Positions 51,939-63,977 of a stretch of 64,000 bases of DNA are shown here, one piece after another. The DNA lies in contig OZ316896.1 of NCBI GenBank assembly GCA_973895155.1, forward strand, positions 17,472,754 to 17,536,753. The letters are read 5' to 3'. Origin of the DNA: Marsupella aquatica. Its lineage: Eukaryota; Plantae; Marchantiophyta. Every line of letters starts with the position of its first letter. Within the stretch, counting starts at the first letter, position 1. The notes below the pieces were generated by a model. That model ran no database searches. It saw only the letters and a list, made by a program, of their open reading frames with translations, and was not told the DNA's origin. Both the position numbers and the translations under genes were made by a program.

Positions 51939-53992
51939 ATGTCTGAGGGAGATCCACCGAATAAAAGAAAACCTACCAAGACCTCCAGTAATTCGGATGC
52001 TGCAAAATTAGTAGTGACCCCTCGCACATTGTTACCCGAATTCCAGTCACCAGGAGCACCTGCACCGGGTAGTGTGTGGAAACAAGTGGGATCTATTCAA
52101 GAGGCAAGTGGCTCTTTGGAAAGGCCCACGTCGACCCGACCCCTGTTTGTAAATCTTCGTTCAGGTCCAAAACTTATTGGTTCTCAAAAGACCAAGCTCC
52201 GCCAGCAGACAGTACGTTCGGTGAACCAAATTGACTCTGGTGTGGATAGTACCACTGAGAGGGCCTTATCTCATACCGAAGGAAGAAATTTGGGTTTGCC
52301 CGAGAATACAGTTGCAGAATCGCTGGCCCAAGATAATTCTGTCGATCTTTCACAATTGGATAATCCAGAACCACTGAGTGAAGCCGGTGGTTCGTCTTCT
52401 AGTGAGACAAGCAGCAGTTCAGGCTTGGGCAGCCCAAACCCATATTGGTACCCGAGACACCCGCTTCGACAACCAGCTCAGCACCAGTTTCATTGGCTAC
52501 AAACGAGGATAAAAACATTCGGGAGGAGTTTTCAGTGACGTATACTCGAAAATCTTGGAAACGGTTGCGCCATGCTATCAGTCGACAGATCTTTCCTGAA
52601 GCATCTTCCCAGGATTTTGAACAGGGAGAAGCACCTATCGGAACAGACGAGCTACCCCTTCCTGTACTTTTGACAGATCGAACTAACCAGGAAGTCTCTT
52701 TACCTAGCGATAATTTTAAAGAAGAACTTCCTGTTTTAGTACCAATGCATCCCATTGCAGATCAACCAGCTACTGTTGCAAGAGAAGAATTTGAACCACT
52801 GGAGCCCGAACCTTCTGCTCCTTCGTCTCCTGTTACATTGCCAATTCGACCAGTTAAGGAGTCAGTGATTCCTTCCGCTATGCCAGATGTAATTTTCCGT
52901 TGGATAGGAGCACCAAGTGATGGAGAAGAAGACGAAGACCCTCGCATTATCAGAGTACCTCCTCGACTTCGGCATACAGTGGATTTGCCACCCCGAAATC
53001 CTATCCCTAATTTGGCTTCAATTCACAGGTGGGAGAAGAAACATTTTCGAGTAGCTTTTCGACATCTGGAGATGGAGAGCATTTTGCAGCAGCAGCAGAT
53101 TTTGCCAATGACATCCCATCCGAGGATTCGTAGTTTGATTCGCACATATGAACCTGGGAAGGCGGTTCCTCCCATTGATAAGGACAGACGACATAAGTTT
53201 TCGGAGTTCGAAATTTGGTGTTGGGTGTATATGCTTCGACGAGCTCAAGCTCCATTTCCGCCCCTTGTGCCGGAAATTCCATGGCCCTATCCATACTATG
53301 TTTGGGTTTGTCCTGGTGGGTTTGCTATTCCAATTAAATATGAGAAGAAGCTTGTTAAGCTAAGGGAGCAGTTGATTACAAAACAATGTATGCTACCGGC
53401 TTCCCAAGGGTTCAAGTCGCTTAGGTGTTTAGCGTTCCTACCTATTATTCCTTCTTATCCGGATGTGATTATTCAAGGTGTTTTATCTAGGACACAGATT
53501 TGAAGGACACCATTTATGAGAGATATCAAACGGTGTTGTCATTTATATGTATATAAGCCGTTACTTTTGCAGCATCCTGCAATTGTTTCCTTCTTTCTCC
53601 TTCGAATTGATATTTATCTGCTCATGTGGGACATCAAAGCTACTATGGATTGTTGGAATTCTTTACCCCGTGCTTTCCAACATTCCTTTGAAGGCAAGAT
53701 CAAACTGGGAGGACATGCTATTCAACACTTTGTTATTGATCCAGGCTCTCGAATTAATTTCCTCTCCCACAGACTGTGCCAGCAATTTGTTCATCAAGAA
53801 GTACAACCGATATCTGCTCAGATATCAATCGATGGACGAATCATTAATCTTTGGGGAAGAGTTAAAGGAGTCCCAATACAGATCGGAGAAGAATTCCATG
53901 ACCTCGATTTTTATATTCTGGATTCGGATATCTCCCAACTCCCGTCAATGATTTTGAGCACTACTTGGATTATTAAGCCAGAATATTATTAA
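51939..53992 (+). CDS. Unknown ~680-aa Pro/Ser/Glu-rich protein ending in a retropepsin-like domain, split by a -1 frameshift (~52435) and an in-frame TGA (53501-53503)
   Basis: ORFs 51939-52538, 52445-53503 and 53516-53992; the last two share a frame. FVIDPGSRINFL...MILSTTWI resembles the retropepsin D[ST]G / ILG motifs but is degenerate. Confidence 0.55.
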
Positions 53993-55518
53993 TGAAGAAC
54001 ATGTCACTCGCTTCTGATTCAATTCGGTCATGTCTTGTGGGGACACGGCGAAATTTAAGTGGAGGGCTATGTGGTATGGGTGTCCCTGCAATTTTTTCTG
54101 GAAACTTGTTTATTTTTAGCATATCACAAGATTTACTTACACTTTAGACACCTTCCGGCCAACATTTACTTGTTCTGGACACTTATAGAAATATTTGACA
54201 ACTCCGGCTTTCCTGACGATTCCTAGTGTACTTTGCCCGACGCTGTGACCAGCGCCCGTTTCTTTTACTCAAGACGCTGCGGAAGCGTCCAACCTCCTCA
54301 TGACGCTTTTGGCAGTGCCCGACCGCCACCAAGACTCTATGAGGATTTCGACCGACGCTGTGGAAAGCGTCAGCTTCAACACACGACGCTGTGAGCAGCG
54401 TCCACCCTAGTATTGACGCTGTGAGCAGTGTGAGCAGCGTCCGTTGGTTTTACTTAAGACGCTTCTAGCAGCGTCCAGATTCTCCCGACGCTTCTAGCAG
54501 CGTCCGCTCAACACTTAGTTTTTGAAGTAGATTACTAGTAAAGTAGTATTCTACCACCCTTGTTGAAGTACTTATGCTGTGCTTCTCCCTTGTTTAGTTT
54601 TAAGCTTGGAAAGGCACGACTGTTCTTACCTCCTCCATTTTAGGATTCCAGCACTTATAAGACAGAGTAGAATGCTCATTTGAAGTAGAGAGAAATAGAG
54701 TTAATACTGTATTCAGAATTGAGTCTTCTGAATAGTTTTCTCCTCCTTCCATTGTAACAAGGCATGCTGTGAGTGTTTTGTATGGAAGTAAAGCTATATT
54801 GATTGAAGTTAAGATTGAATTCAAGAGATTCCTGTGGTGATTGAATTCAGTTGCAGATTTCTGAAACTCGTATTGAATTCACTGCTAGGCTTGCTTGCAG
54901 AGTCGGGATTCGCTAGCCAATTCAAGAATAGTTAATGATAAATGAGAAGTAAATTCTGATTCTCAGAGTAGTTAGTACTGTTGCTTTGATTCTGGAATAT
55001 GGTTTAGAGTTTGACTGAATTGCGTATCGCTGATGTCAAACCATGTTGACGGCATTTTAAATCATATCATTCATTTGCAATCAGAAAGCTTCTGCTTCAT
55101 CAGATTGAGAATTCCATTATCATTAACCTTTGTGTTTTGAAGAGTGAGATGGATGAATTATGAGATAGATTTCATGTCTATACTGAGCCCAAATCCTTTC
55201 TGAAGGAGTGGCAGTAGCTTGTAGTCTCTAAATCCTTACTCATTTCTTCTCTAATTCATAAATCAGAAGTTCAGTTACTTTGTTGTTTGTTTATTCGATT
55301 TTTTTATTGAGAAGTGAAGTCAACATAGAGCTCAAGACTCTAAATCACTCGGAGTGATAAAAGTTATACAATTCATTCTGAAATCTGTTCTTAAAGGGAT
55401 CGAAACCCTGGTTTTAGGTGAGGAGAGTCACTTTTGATACTTAGCACTATACGACACGCCCGGATCATGTGAGAAATAGGAAGGAGCTGAGAGCAAGTGA
55501 AGAGATGAAGGACCAAGA

Positions 55519-55583
55519 AAATTTCTGATTGGCATCCCGTTAATGAGGGTGAGCAGGCAGGATGCCAATGTGAGTGACTCACC
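55519..55583 (+). promoter_or_regulatory. Putative -1 programmed ribosomal frameshift signal between gag-pro and pol
   Basis: A_AAT_TTC (55519-55525) is in the gag frame directly before TGA, and pol is in the -1 frame. Stem attggcatcc/ggatgccaat (55528-37 / 55560-69); loop ggtgag can pair with ctcacc (55578-83). Confidence 0.7.
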
Positions 55584-58500
55584 AAACATAAGATTTTCCT
55601 CGTCTTCGTTTATAGCTATAGGGAGAGATAGAGAGGTTTCATATATGCAAGTTAGAGAGGCATCAAGAAAATTGAAAAAGAGAATTGAAAGAAGTAAGGC
55701 TATGTTAGTTAGTCAACGTGTTATGGATTTAAGTGATAATATAGAGGGTGTGCTAGATGAACAAGGTTGTTGTCCCACTTTGCAGCAAGTTATAGTAGAT
55801 TTGAATGATGGAAAGGGTGAGATAGAAGTAGGCCCATTGCTATATCAGCATATAGAAGAGTTGGTTGAGGTGAACACAAAGTACAAGACAATAGATAAGA
55901 AGGTTAGACCAGCAGCCACACCTCTACCAGCTGATGCAAGAGATATTTTAAGAAGTGCTAGCAAGGAGCCTAGTTTGAGAGATAAAAGAAAAATTGGACA
56001 TACATTCACAGAAGATACTTTGAACCAATTGCAAATTGGTGATGATGGACTACTTACCATGATCGAGAAGGAGGCATTCAAAAAGATGATCAAAGAGCAT
56101 GGGAGGGCATTTTCCTTTTCTATGGAGGAGATAGGATGTGTGGATCCACAGAAGGTAACACCAATGGTTATTTTTACAGTTCCACACATACCATGGGATT
56201 TGAAGCCAATTTCAGTTCCAAGAGCACTAACACCAAAGTTGATAGCATTGTTGAAAGAGAAGTTAGATGCTAAGATACTTGAGAGATCGGATGCACCATA
56301 CTCCAATCGGTGGTTCACAGTGCAGAAGAAGAATGGGAAGCTACGTTTCATTCAAGACATGCAGCCACCAAACAAAGTCACAATTCGGAATGTTGGAGTT
56401 GGACCTGTGGTAGACGAGTATGCTGAAGACTTTGCTGGGAGGGCCATCTATTCCATTGGAGACTTGTACTCAGGGTATGATCAATTCCAACTTTCTCAAA
56501 GTAGTAGGGATATCACCACCATGAGAACTCCACTTGGACTTTTGCGTATGTGCACCTTGCCACAAGGTGCTACTAATTCTGTTGCACATATGCAAAATGC
56601 TATGAACAAGATTTTGGAGTCTTTCATTCCACAGAAAACTAGACCATTCCTTGATGATATGCCAATCAAAGGATGTTTGGAAGAACTCAAGGATGAGACA
56701 CTTCGAAAGGATGGGATACGTCAATTTGTTTGGGAACACATGAAGGATGTAGGGGCTATACTAAAGAAGTTGATTGAGGTGGGAGTTACACTCTCAGGAG
56801 AAAAATCAGCATTTGGCTTGAGAGAAGTCAAAGTGGTTGGGCAGATGTGTGGGCCCTATGGAAGAAAGCCAAGTAAGGAGAAGGTGGAAGCAATCAGCCA
56901 AATGGAGGATTGTCAAACAACTTCAGAGGTATGAAGGTTTTTAGGAGGTTGTATCTTCTACAGAATATGGATACCACATTTTTCACATGTTTCACATCCA
57001 TTATATGGCTTGCTTAAGAAGAATGTAAGATTTATATGGAAAAGTGAACATGTAGAAGCAATGCAGCACTTGAAAGAAGCTTTGTTAAGTCCACCCGTGC
57101 TTCGCCCATTGAAGTATGATGGTGTACATCCAATAGTAATTACAATAGATGCGAGTCCATATGGAGCAGGATGGGCATTGGGACAAGATGATGATGATGG
57201 GCATAGAACATCTGCTCGTTTTGGAGCAAAGATCTTTAACGAAAGACAACGGAAGTATCTGCAGATAAAGAGAGAGCTTTGAGGAGCAAAACTAGCACTT
57301 AGGCAAGAGAGAGATTACTTGATAGGAGCTAACATGATTCTAGAAACTGATTGCTTACCCTTACTTGGGATGATTATAAACTGTGATACTCCCAACATTG
57401 CTATGCTTAGGTGGATAGCTTTTATCCGAATGTTTAATCCAGAACTGAAGCACATAACTGGAAAAGATAATCCAGTGGCTGATATGTTGTCAAGAGCTAG
57501 ATATAAATCAGGCAAGCATAGTATTGAGTGTTCACATGGTGAGATTGAGGGACAAATTAAGGAGTTGTTATTCTATGAAGATCTATATTCAGGAGAGTTG
57601 CTAGTTATAGGACGTTATTTGAGTACATTGGAGAGAGACACTAGATGGAGTGATGAAGAATTCAGCAAGATTCGAAAGAAGGCTTACAAGTTCTTGGTTC
57701 GAGATGGATACTTATGGAGGCGTCCAAAGGCAAGGAGTCAAGTACCTCTGAGAGTGCTTGATACTGAGGGAGAGAAAGTTCAAGTATTACAAGAGGCACA
57801 TGATCTTGAAGCAGCAGGGCATCGTGGAGTTCAGGCTACATATGAAAAGTTAAGAAGATTCTACTGGTGGGCTGGAATGTATGTGGATGTTCGAGAATAT
57901 GTTGGATCTTGTGAGATTTGCCAATACTACTCAAAGATTCAACATAGAGATGGCTTGAACCCTACACATCCTCTATCTTTACATTTTCAATGGGGTATAG
58001 ATATCGTTCATATGCCACCAGGGATTAGAGGTGCAAAATATTTAGTGTTAGCTAGAGAAGACTTGTCTTCGTATGTGGAAGGGAGGGCATTATCTTCTAA
58101 CAAGACTGAAGCCGTATGCAGGTTTGTGTTAGAAGATATCATTGCTAGACATGGATGTTTTAGGCGCATGAGAGCTGACCGTGGAGAGTTAGATAGCAAA
58201 GAGGCAAAGGCATTCTTCAAGAAATTTCATATCCGCTTAAAACTAACTACATCTTACAATCCAGAAGCAAACGGCAAGAGTGAGAGAGGTCATCCACCAA
58301 TTGTTAATGCCTTAGTCAAATCATGCAAGGGAAAGGCATCAAGGTGGCCAAACTTACTACCTTTAGCTCTATTAGCAGATAGAATGACTTGTAGTTCGGT
58401 GATAGGATATGCACCGGCAGAATTAGTGAGTGGGCATCTACCTTTAATGCCATTAGAGGAGAATGTTTTTAGTTGGAGGACAGTTGACTGGGAAGATCAG

Positions 58501-58905
58501 ATATCACATGAAGAGCTACTTGCAAGGAGGATGGAACATTTCCAAACAACTCCAGAAAAGATTGACATTGCAATGGAGAAAGTGAAGCAAGCACGAGAGA
58601 AGAATAAGGTCAGATTTGATAAGACTCATCGATTGAGACCTATTCAAATCAAAGAAGGAGATTGGGTTCTTATTGCAGAAGGAGGGTTGGAGCAACAACA
58701 TTCGACAAAAGCTAAGTTTATGAGAAGATGAAGAGGGCCATTTGTGGTTGTTACTATTCACCCAAATGCAACATACACAGTTCGAGAGTTAGATGGAGCA
58801 ATTCATCAAGTTCCTTATGCAGGCAAGAGGGTTAAGCTTTTCAAACAACGTTTGAAATTTCATTTACAAGATGTGTATGATTTGAGTGATGTAGAGGACT
58901 TTTGA
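55543..58905 (+). pseudogene. Gypsy pol (RT-RNase H-integrase) with three in-frame TGA stops; no chromodomain seen
   Basis: RT KLRFIQD, DLYSGYDQF, LPQGATNS, PFLDD; RNase H IDASPYGAG, ETDC, NPVADMLSR; integrase HDLEAAGH..CEIC, WGIDIVH, ADRGE, YNPEANGKSER. Stops at 56932, 57280 and 58729. Confidence 0.95.
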
Positions 58906-61900
58906 AGCTGGGTCATAAGGTTGGTGCAGACCGGAGGCTGCACAGGTTTAGTGGGGGTGATATGTCGTGGGGATTCCTTTTAGAAGGCAAGAATCCATAT
59001 TATGTTATTTGAGTTTATGTGAAGAGGGTTTTACTTAAAAGCTTCATAGTAGTACTATTAGAGCATATATGTTACATTCTATATGTAGTATGTACATTTT
59101 ACAATGGTACACAGTAGTTCCACCATTTACGCATAGTAGTTTTACAAACTAGATGCATAGTAATTCCACCAACTACGCACGGTAGTTCCACCAACTACGC
59201 ACGGTAGTTCCACCAACTATGAATAGTACTAGCACACTTATAGGTGCTTGATGCTTGCCACTTGGCTTCCATCCAAGGGTCAAGGCATCGATCCATGCCC
59301 TCTTGGAAAACACAAAGGGGCACTATAAATAAAGTAAAGAGGAGCACACTCTCCTTATTCGCATTTGTTTGATCTATCGTGTCAGACTCGCAACATTATA
59401 AGGAACTCTTTCCCTCTTGTGCACATGTCTTGTTTATTATTTACCTCCATGTTTGGGTACTAACTTGATTGTTAGCCTTAGAACTATTTTATGTTTTATG
59501 TTTATTAGTCTTGAGATCAATTTAGTGTGCTTGTAATGAATAATATGATAAATGGAGTACCTAGAGTTTATCCCCCACCTGCTGTGCCATTTGTCAATCC
59601 TTTCTTAATTAGAATTCATTGTCTTAGCAAGCATACCATGAGAATGCATCTTCTTTATCATTTTGGGTTTGAGTTAATGGAAACAGTTATGAATAGCGAT
59701 GCACCATTTGTATACCCGATTGTTGTTTATGGAAATGAATGGAATGTAACTATTTTTATTTTATATTAGATGGATTTTAATAGACAATCCGTAAATGTAC
59801 CGGAGTTAGATTTGAATAGGCTTCCTAACAATGTGTCTGATTTTCCTTCATCTATTGACATTAGAGTGGTATGCCGTAAGAAGGTTGATTGTAGAGATGT
59901 TTTAGTTAGAAAGTATGGAGATGAAAGATACAATGTTATGCTTAGGATGCCAGAGCCTGTGATTATATCATCTATGGTAAATCTTAAGATCATAGTCTTT
60001 GTTTTCTATAATTGACTTATCTAATTGTAGGATTTGTTGGAAATTGCAATCTATGACTTGACTTGGGAAATAAGTTATGTGGAAAGAGGATAGGCCGATT
60101 CGAGGCTTAGTGTGAGGAAGCCGCTCATCGTAGAGTGGGACAAAGGCTGTGAGAGATATTTTAGAGGATAACGGTGAGAGAAATTGATCGACAAAGGGGA
60201 TCGCAAGGGTAATGTGAGGTGAGAAAAGACGTATTTTGGAAAGGTTTCTTCCAAGATAGGAAAAACAAGAGTTCGGTGCTTCCCAAGAACTAAAGATTCC
60301 CCCGACATCACGAAAGCTTTAAGGGGGAAAAAAATCACCTTATAGTAACCAAAAAAAAATGTCACTCAAAGCAAAAAATGACATTCTTGCCTTGCCGTTT
60401 GCTTGAGGAAAGTGACCATCGCCGACGTGTAAAAGTTTCCAAATTGCACCGGCACAGTCTGCAACTCCAACACTGCAAAAACTTTCCGCCGCGGCGCCTT
60501 CACTCCGCGTCAAGTGCCAATCCCGGGCTCAAAACGGCCGCCTTGCCGCAATCAAACTATTGAGCCGTAGCACTTCGCGTTTCTGCCACCGAGTCGGACG
60601 TCACGAAGAGAAACCCGGTTCAGATGAGAACAAGCTCCATAGCTTGTAAAAAAACCTGAACGTCTCCTTCACTCATCACGTCGCACTCGGTAACAACTCG
60701 ACAATAATCAAGCTACCAAAACGACCAGCTCGCATAAACCTTCAACTTGAGCTATAATGTGCAATCCCTCCCGCACCGCACAGCTCACACCGTTGAAGAA
60801 TGCAAATTCTGGTCTCTTCCCCGAAAACCCGTCGAACACGAATAAACCCTGAACGACGTAAACTTCAATTCCTCCGCACCACGGATACCGATTAGCAAGT
60901 TCTAACCACCGTTAGAATGCCCTCTCACTAACCTATCCGCACAGCCACACACATTCGAGTTTCATGATGAAATTCCGAATGTACCATCGACAATGAACGT
61001 TGGAAAAACCTATCACGAAAAAACCTCGTCACCTCCCAGGCATGCTCTGATACCACTTGTTAAACATAGACGATATTCGTAATGACAAGCCCATGAACCA
61101 TCCAACGCACAAGAGTCAACACAGAGAGATACGTGGTTCACCTCCACATGAGGCTACGTCCACGGGAACACACAAGAGCTTTACTGCACTCTAGGCCGAC
61201 CGACCATACCAAGCTTCCACAGCACAAGCTCTCCCTATCTCTCAACTAGCTCCGTAACAATGAGCCTAAGTTCCACCCAGGGTCTGGCATCAGCCCTAGC
61301 TATATGCACAACAACACTACCGCTAACATTAGCTAAGTCCTAACCCAAGTTAGACTAACTGTAGTTAGCTCATGAGTCACAAGACTAGATCAATATCTAA
61401 CAAGGCAAAGATATTGAGGCGAGTTTAGATGTTGATTTGAGGCAAAACATTTGGGGTGATGCAAGGCAAGGCAAAGAAATGGAGGGGAGGCTAGGAAATG
61501 CGTGCAAGACATAAATGTAAGCAAGACAAAAAAATTGAAAGTGAGGCAAGGAAGTTGTTGAGGCATCTTAGATGTATTAATTGCAATCATGTTGTTTTTA
61601 CAGCAATGTGGTCATTGGCGGTCATGGCGTTGTTGTGTTTATCCAGTCATTGTGGCCATGTTGTCATTGCCAAGCCCAATAGGCAAGCATTGCACAAAAA
61701 TATTGAGGTCACAAAGTGCAGTAGGAACAACGGTACACACGTGGATTGACCTATTTTTCGTCAGAGTCCCATTGCACCGCCGGAAAATAGACAAGGCAAG
61801 GACGTGTTGTCATATTAATCACTCTATGCAGTGATGCTATGGTTGCTATCGTGCCATTGTTCAGTTTGAAAGGTTAATTCTTGCTGCCAAAATGTTGTCA

Positions 61901-62661
61901 TATTAGTCGCTGTAACTTGTTCCGAACCTACAAATCTAGTTTTGGGAGGTACCGCATGAGAGGGGCAGAGGAGGGCAAGATGGGCAATGATCGATGGTGG
62001 CGGGGAATTGCAGGTCTACACACCAGTCAATGCTTAGTCTTGCACTGCTACATGGAAAGATGATTTCTCTCTTTTTCCCTCCCCTTTTTAATCTTTAGTT
62101 CCCTCCCCAGTTCCCTCCCCACACTTTTTGGCACCCTTGCCCAACCTTTGATGTCACCACCCTCTTCTCTTGCTCACCACATGCTTGATTGGGCCTCAAG
62201 GAGGGCACTTCAAGGAGGGAGGAGGCACAGATGTGAGCCAATGCGTGCAAGGTATTGTTGTAACCATATATGGTATTACAGCAAAAAATGTAATTTTGGG
62301 CGCCACCACTAGTGGAAAATAGTGTCCTTAATGACTAGAATGAGGACTGAAAAACGAGTCATATGTACCAATATATGACTAGAGTTTTTCTGTCATACCT
62401 GCCTCGTCTTTTAGGACAGTCAATTATATAAGACAAATGACTAAAACTCTCACCAGTCATTTATGGTAGTCCTAAATGACATAATATTTCTGAAATGACA
62501 TGTTGTCCTAAATGACTGAATGAACGGCCGTCAGTCATTTAGGCATGTCTTTAATGACACATATTTAAACAAATCATATTACAACATGTGGCAACTACGC
62601 ACGGTTGTCATTATATGTCATTTCAGACATGTCATAAATGACACAATAATAAATCATTTAA

Positions 62662-62930
62662 GGTGTCATTTAGTGTGTCATTGAAGGTGTCGTACATGGT
62701 GTCATTAAAAATGTCATACAAGGTGTCATACAAGGTGTCATTGAAGGTGTCATACAGGGTGTCATTGAGGATGTCATACATAGTGTCATACATGGTATCA
62801 TTGAGGGTGTCATTGAGGGTGTCATACATGGTGTCATTGAGGGTGTCATATATGGTGTCATTGAGGGTATCATACATGGTGTCATTGAGGGTATCATACA
62901 TGGTGTCATTGAGGATATCATACAGGGTGT
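62662..62930. repeat. 12-bp subterminal tandem array (~22 units; GTGTCATTGAGG and GTGTCATACATG variants)
   Basis: Clear 12-bp periodicity that produces the low-complexity NDTMYDTL ORFs. Confidence 0.9.
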
Positions 62931-63039
62931 TTTTAAGTAATGTCATTTGGGATGTATCTAAGAAGAGCTCATAGTTATATTCAAAATCACATACAATGAA
63001 TCCACTTAAAACCCTAAACAAAGACATCACTTTGTGCAT

Positions 63040-63184
63040 CATCATTGTATTCAGAAATTCACACTCCAACATTCACAAGCTCTAATATAGAATAATTGAA
63101 AAAATAGAAGTCATCATTGTATTCAGAAATTCACATTCCAACATTCACAAGCTCTAGTATAGAATAATTGAAAAAACAGAAGTC
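63040..63184. repeat. Tandem duplication of ~72 bp within the CACTA element
   Basis: catcattgtattcagaaattcaca.tccaacattcacaagctcta.tatagaataattgaaaaaa.agaagtc occurs twice. Confidence 0.85.
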
Positions 63185-63271
63185 TTTATGATGAAGTGAT
63201 AGAAAGTAGATAGAAACAATGGTAACCAAAATATTCAAAAATTCTCTGTTCTACATGATCAGAGAAAATGT

Positions 63272-63977
63272 TCAACACTTCCGAAGAAACCTAGCATTCC
63301 ACAATGTATTCATTCCTAACACATTCCGTAAGTAGAGTTGTTTCTCTTCTTTGTTGGGCATTGGCAATGCTGCATCACCACAATACACTGCCTTAACTAA
63401 TACTCGTACCCAAGGACTCTCAATCATGACACAATGAAATTTATCCTCTCCTGGTAACCTTGTCACTTCACCTCTAGCAAGAACTGTAGAGTGATCCACA
63501 ACACTTTGTACTTCTACAGCATCTCCTTTTGAAAACTGCCACACAAAATTGTTAGGACAAATACTGTCTTGTAGTACTGATTTGGGCATATCATCAATTT
63601 AAGAACATAAGCCAACTGAAAACAAATTCACCTTTGCTGCTGGATTTGGGGAGAGAACTGGTCCTCGTTCACTAGGTGAGATAGTGATAGGGGTTGATTT
63701 CTTGAATCTCTTTGAAGGCCTAGGTGGTGTAGACTCTTGTTCCTGAATTGCATTTGACACTATCTGTTCATCTATGACAGCAATCTCATCACTATCACCA
63801 TTACCAATGCTGCTTTGTACAACGTAAGGTTCCTGCAGTGCTCCCAAATTTGCTTCTCCCATACTTGGCTTTGGCTTCTGCCTTGTTAAAGTATCTGATT
63901 TCTCTCGCTGTGATACAGGATTCTTCCCTGAAGAAGCTACCACAAAACCAAACAATGAATGCTTAGAAAACTTCATT
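63272..63977 (-). pseudogene. Last exon of a CACTA TnpA-like accessory protein, with an in-frame TAA at 63599-63601
   Basis: VLARGEV...KFHCVMIESPWVRVLV...DAALPMP...LGMNTLW resembles the C-terminal domain of CACTA TnpA/Tnp2-type proteins (recalled pattern). ORFs 63599-63976 and 63272-63589 share a frame. An acceptor ttttcaatttag precedes the exon. Confidence 0.65.

Larger units (their letters stand above)
49334..55456 (+). mobile_element. Young non-autonomous LTR element (Athila-like PBS) with no RT, RNase H or integrase
   Basis: LTRs 49334-50720 and 54070-55456, both 1387 bp; I found one mismatch by eye. TSD CGCCC at 49329-49333 / 55457-55461. PBS TGGCGCCGCTGCCGGGGA (tRNA-Asp type) at 50727-50744. 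PPT aagtggaggg. Confidence 0.95.
45710..60307 (+). mobile_element. Ty3/Gypsy LTR retrotransposon nested in the Copia 5' leader
   Basis: LTRs 45710-46992 and 58963-60307 (TGTCG...CGACA). PBS TGGCGACCATACTGGGGA at 46997-47014 (tRNA-Arg-like). PPT agtgggggtga. Probable 4-bp TSD TCGC/TCAC with one mismatch. Confidence 0.95.
39900..61402 (-). mobile_element. Full-length Ty1/Copia LTR retrotransposon, degenerate, hosting nested insertions
   Basis: LTRs 61058-61402 (5') and 39900-40248 (3'), TG..CA. TSD AGGCA at 39895-39899 / 61403-61407. PBS TGGTATCAGAGC (tRNA-Met-i) at 61055-61044. PPT AGGGGGAGTT next to the 3' LTR. Confidence 0.97.

Noticed and set aside
62592-62605. 14-bp identity caactacgcacggt shared with the Gypsy U3 repeat (~59170)
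   Set aside because: A single short match with no extension; chance cannot be excluded.
62632-63072. 146-aa NDTMYDTL repeat protein and overlapping ORFs
   Set aside because: These are by-products of a stop-free 12-bp tandem array in the CACTA subterminal region.
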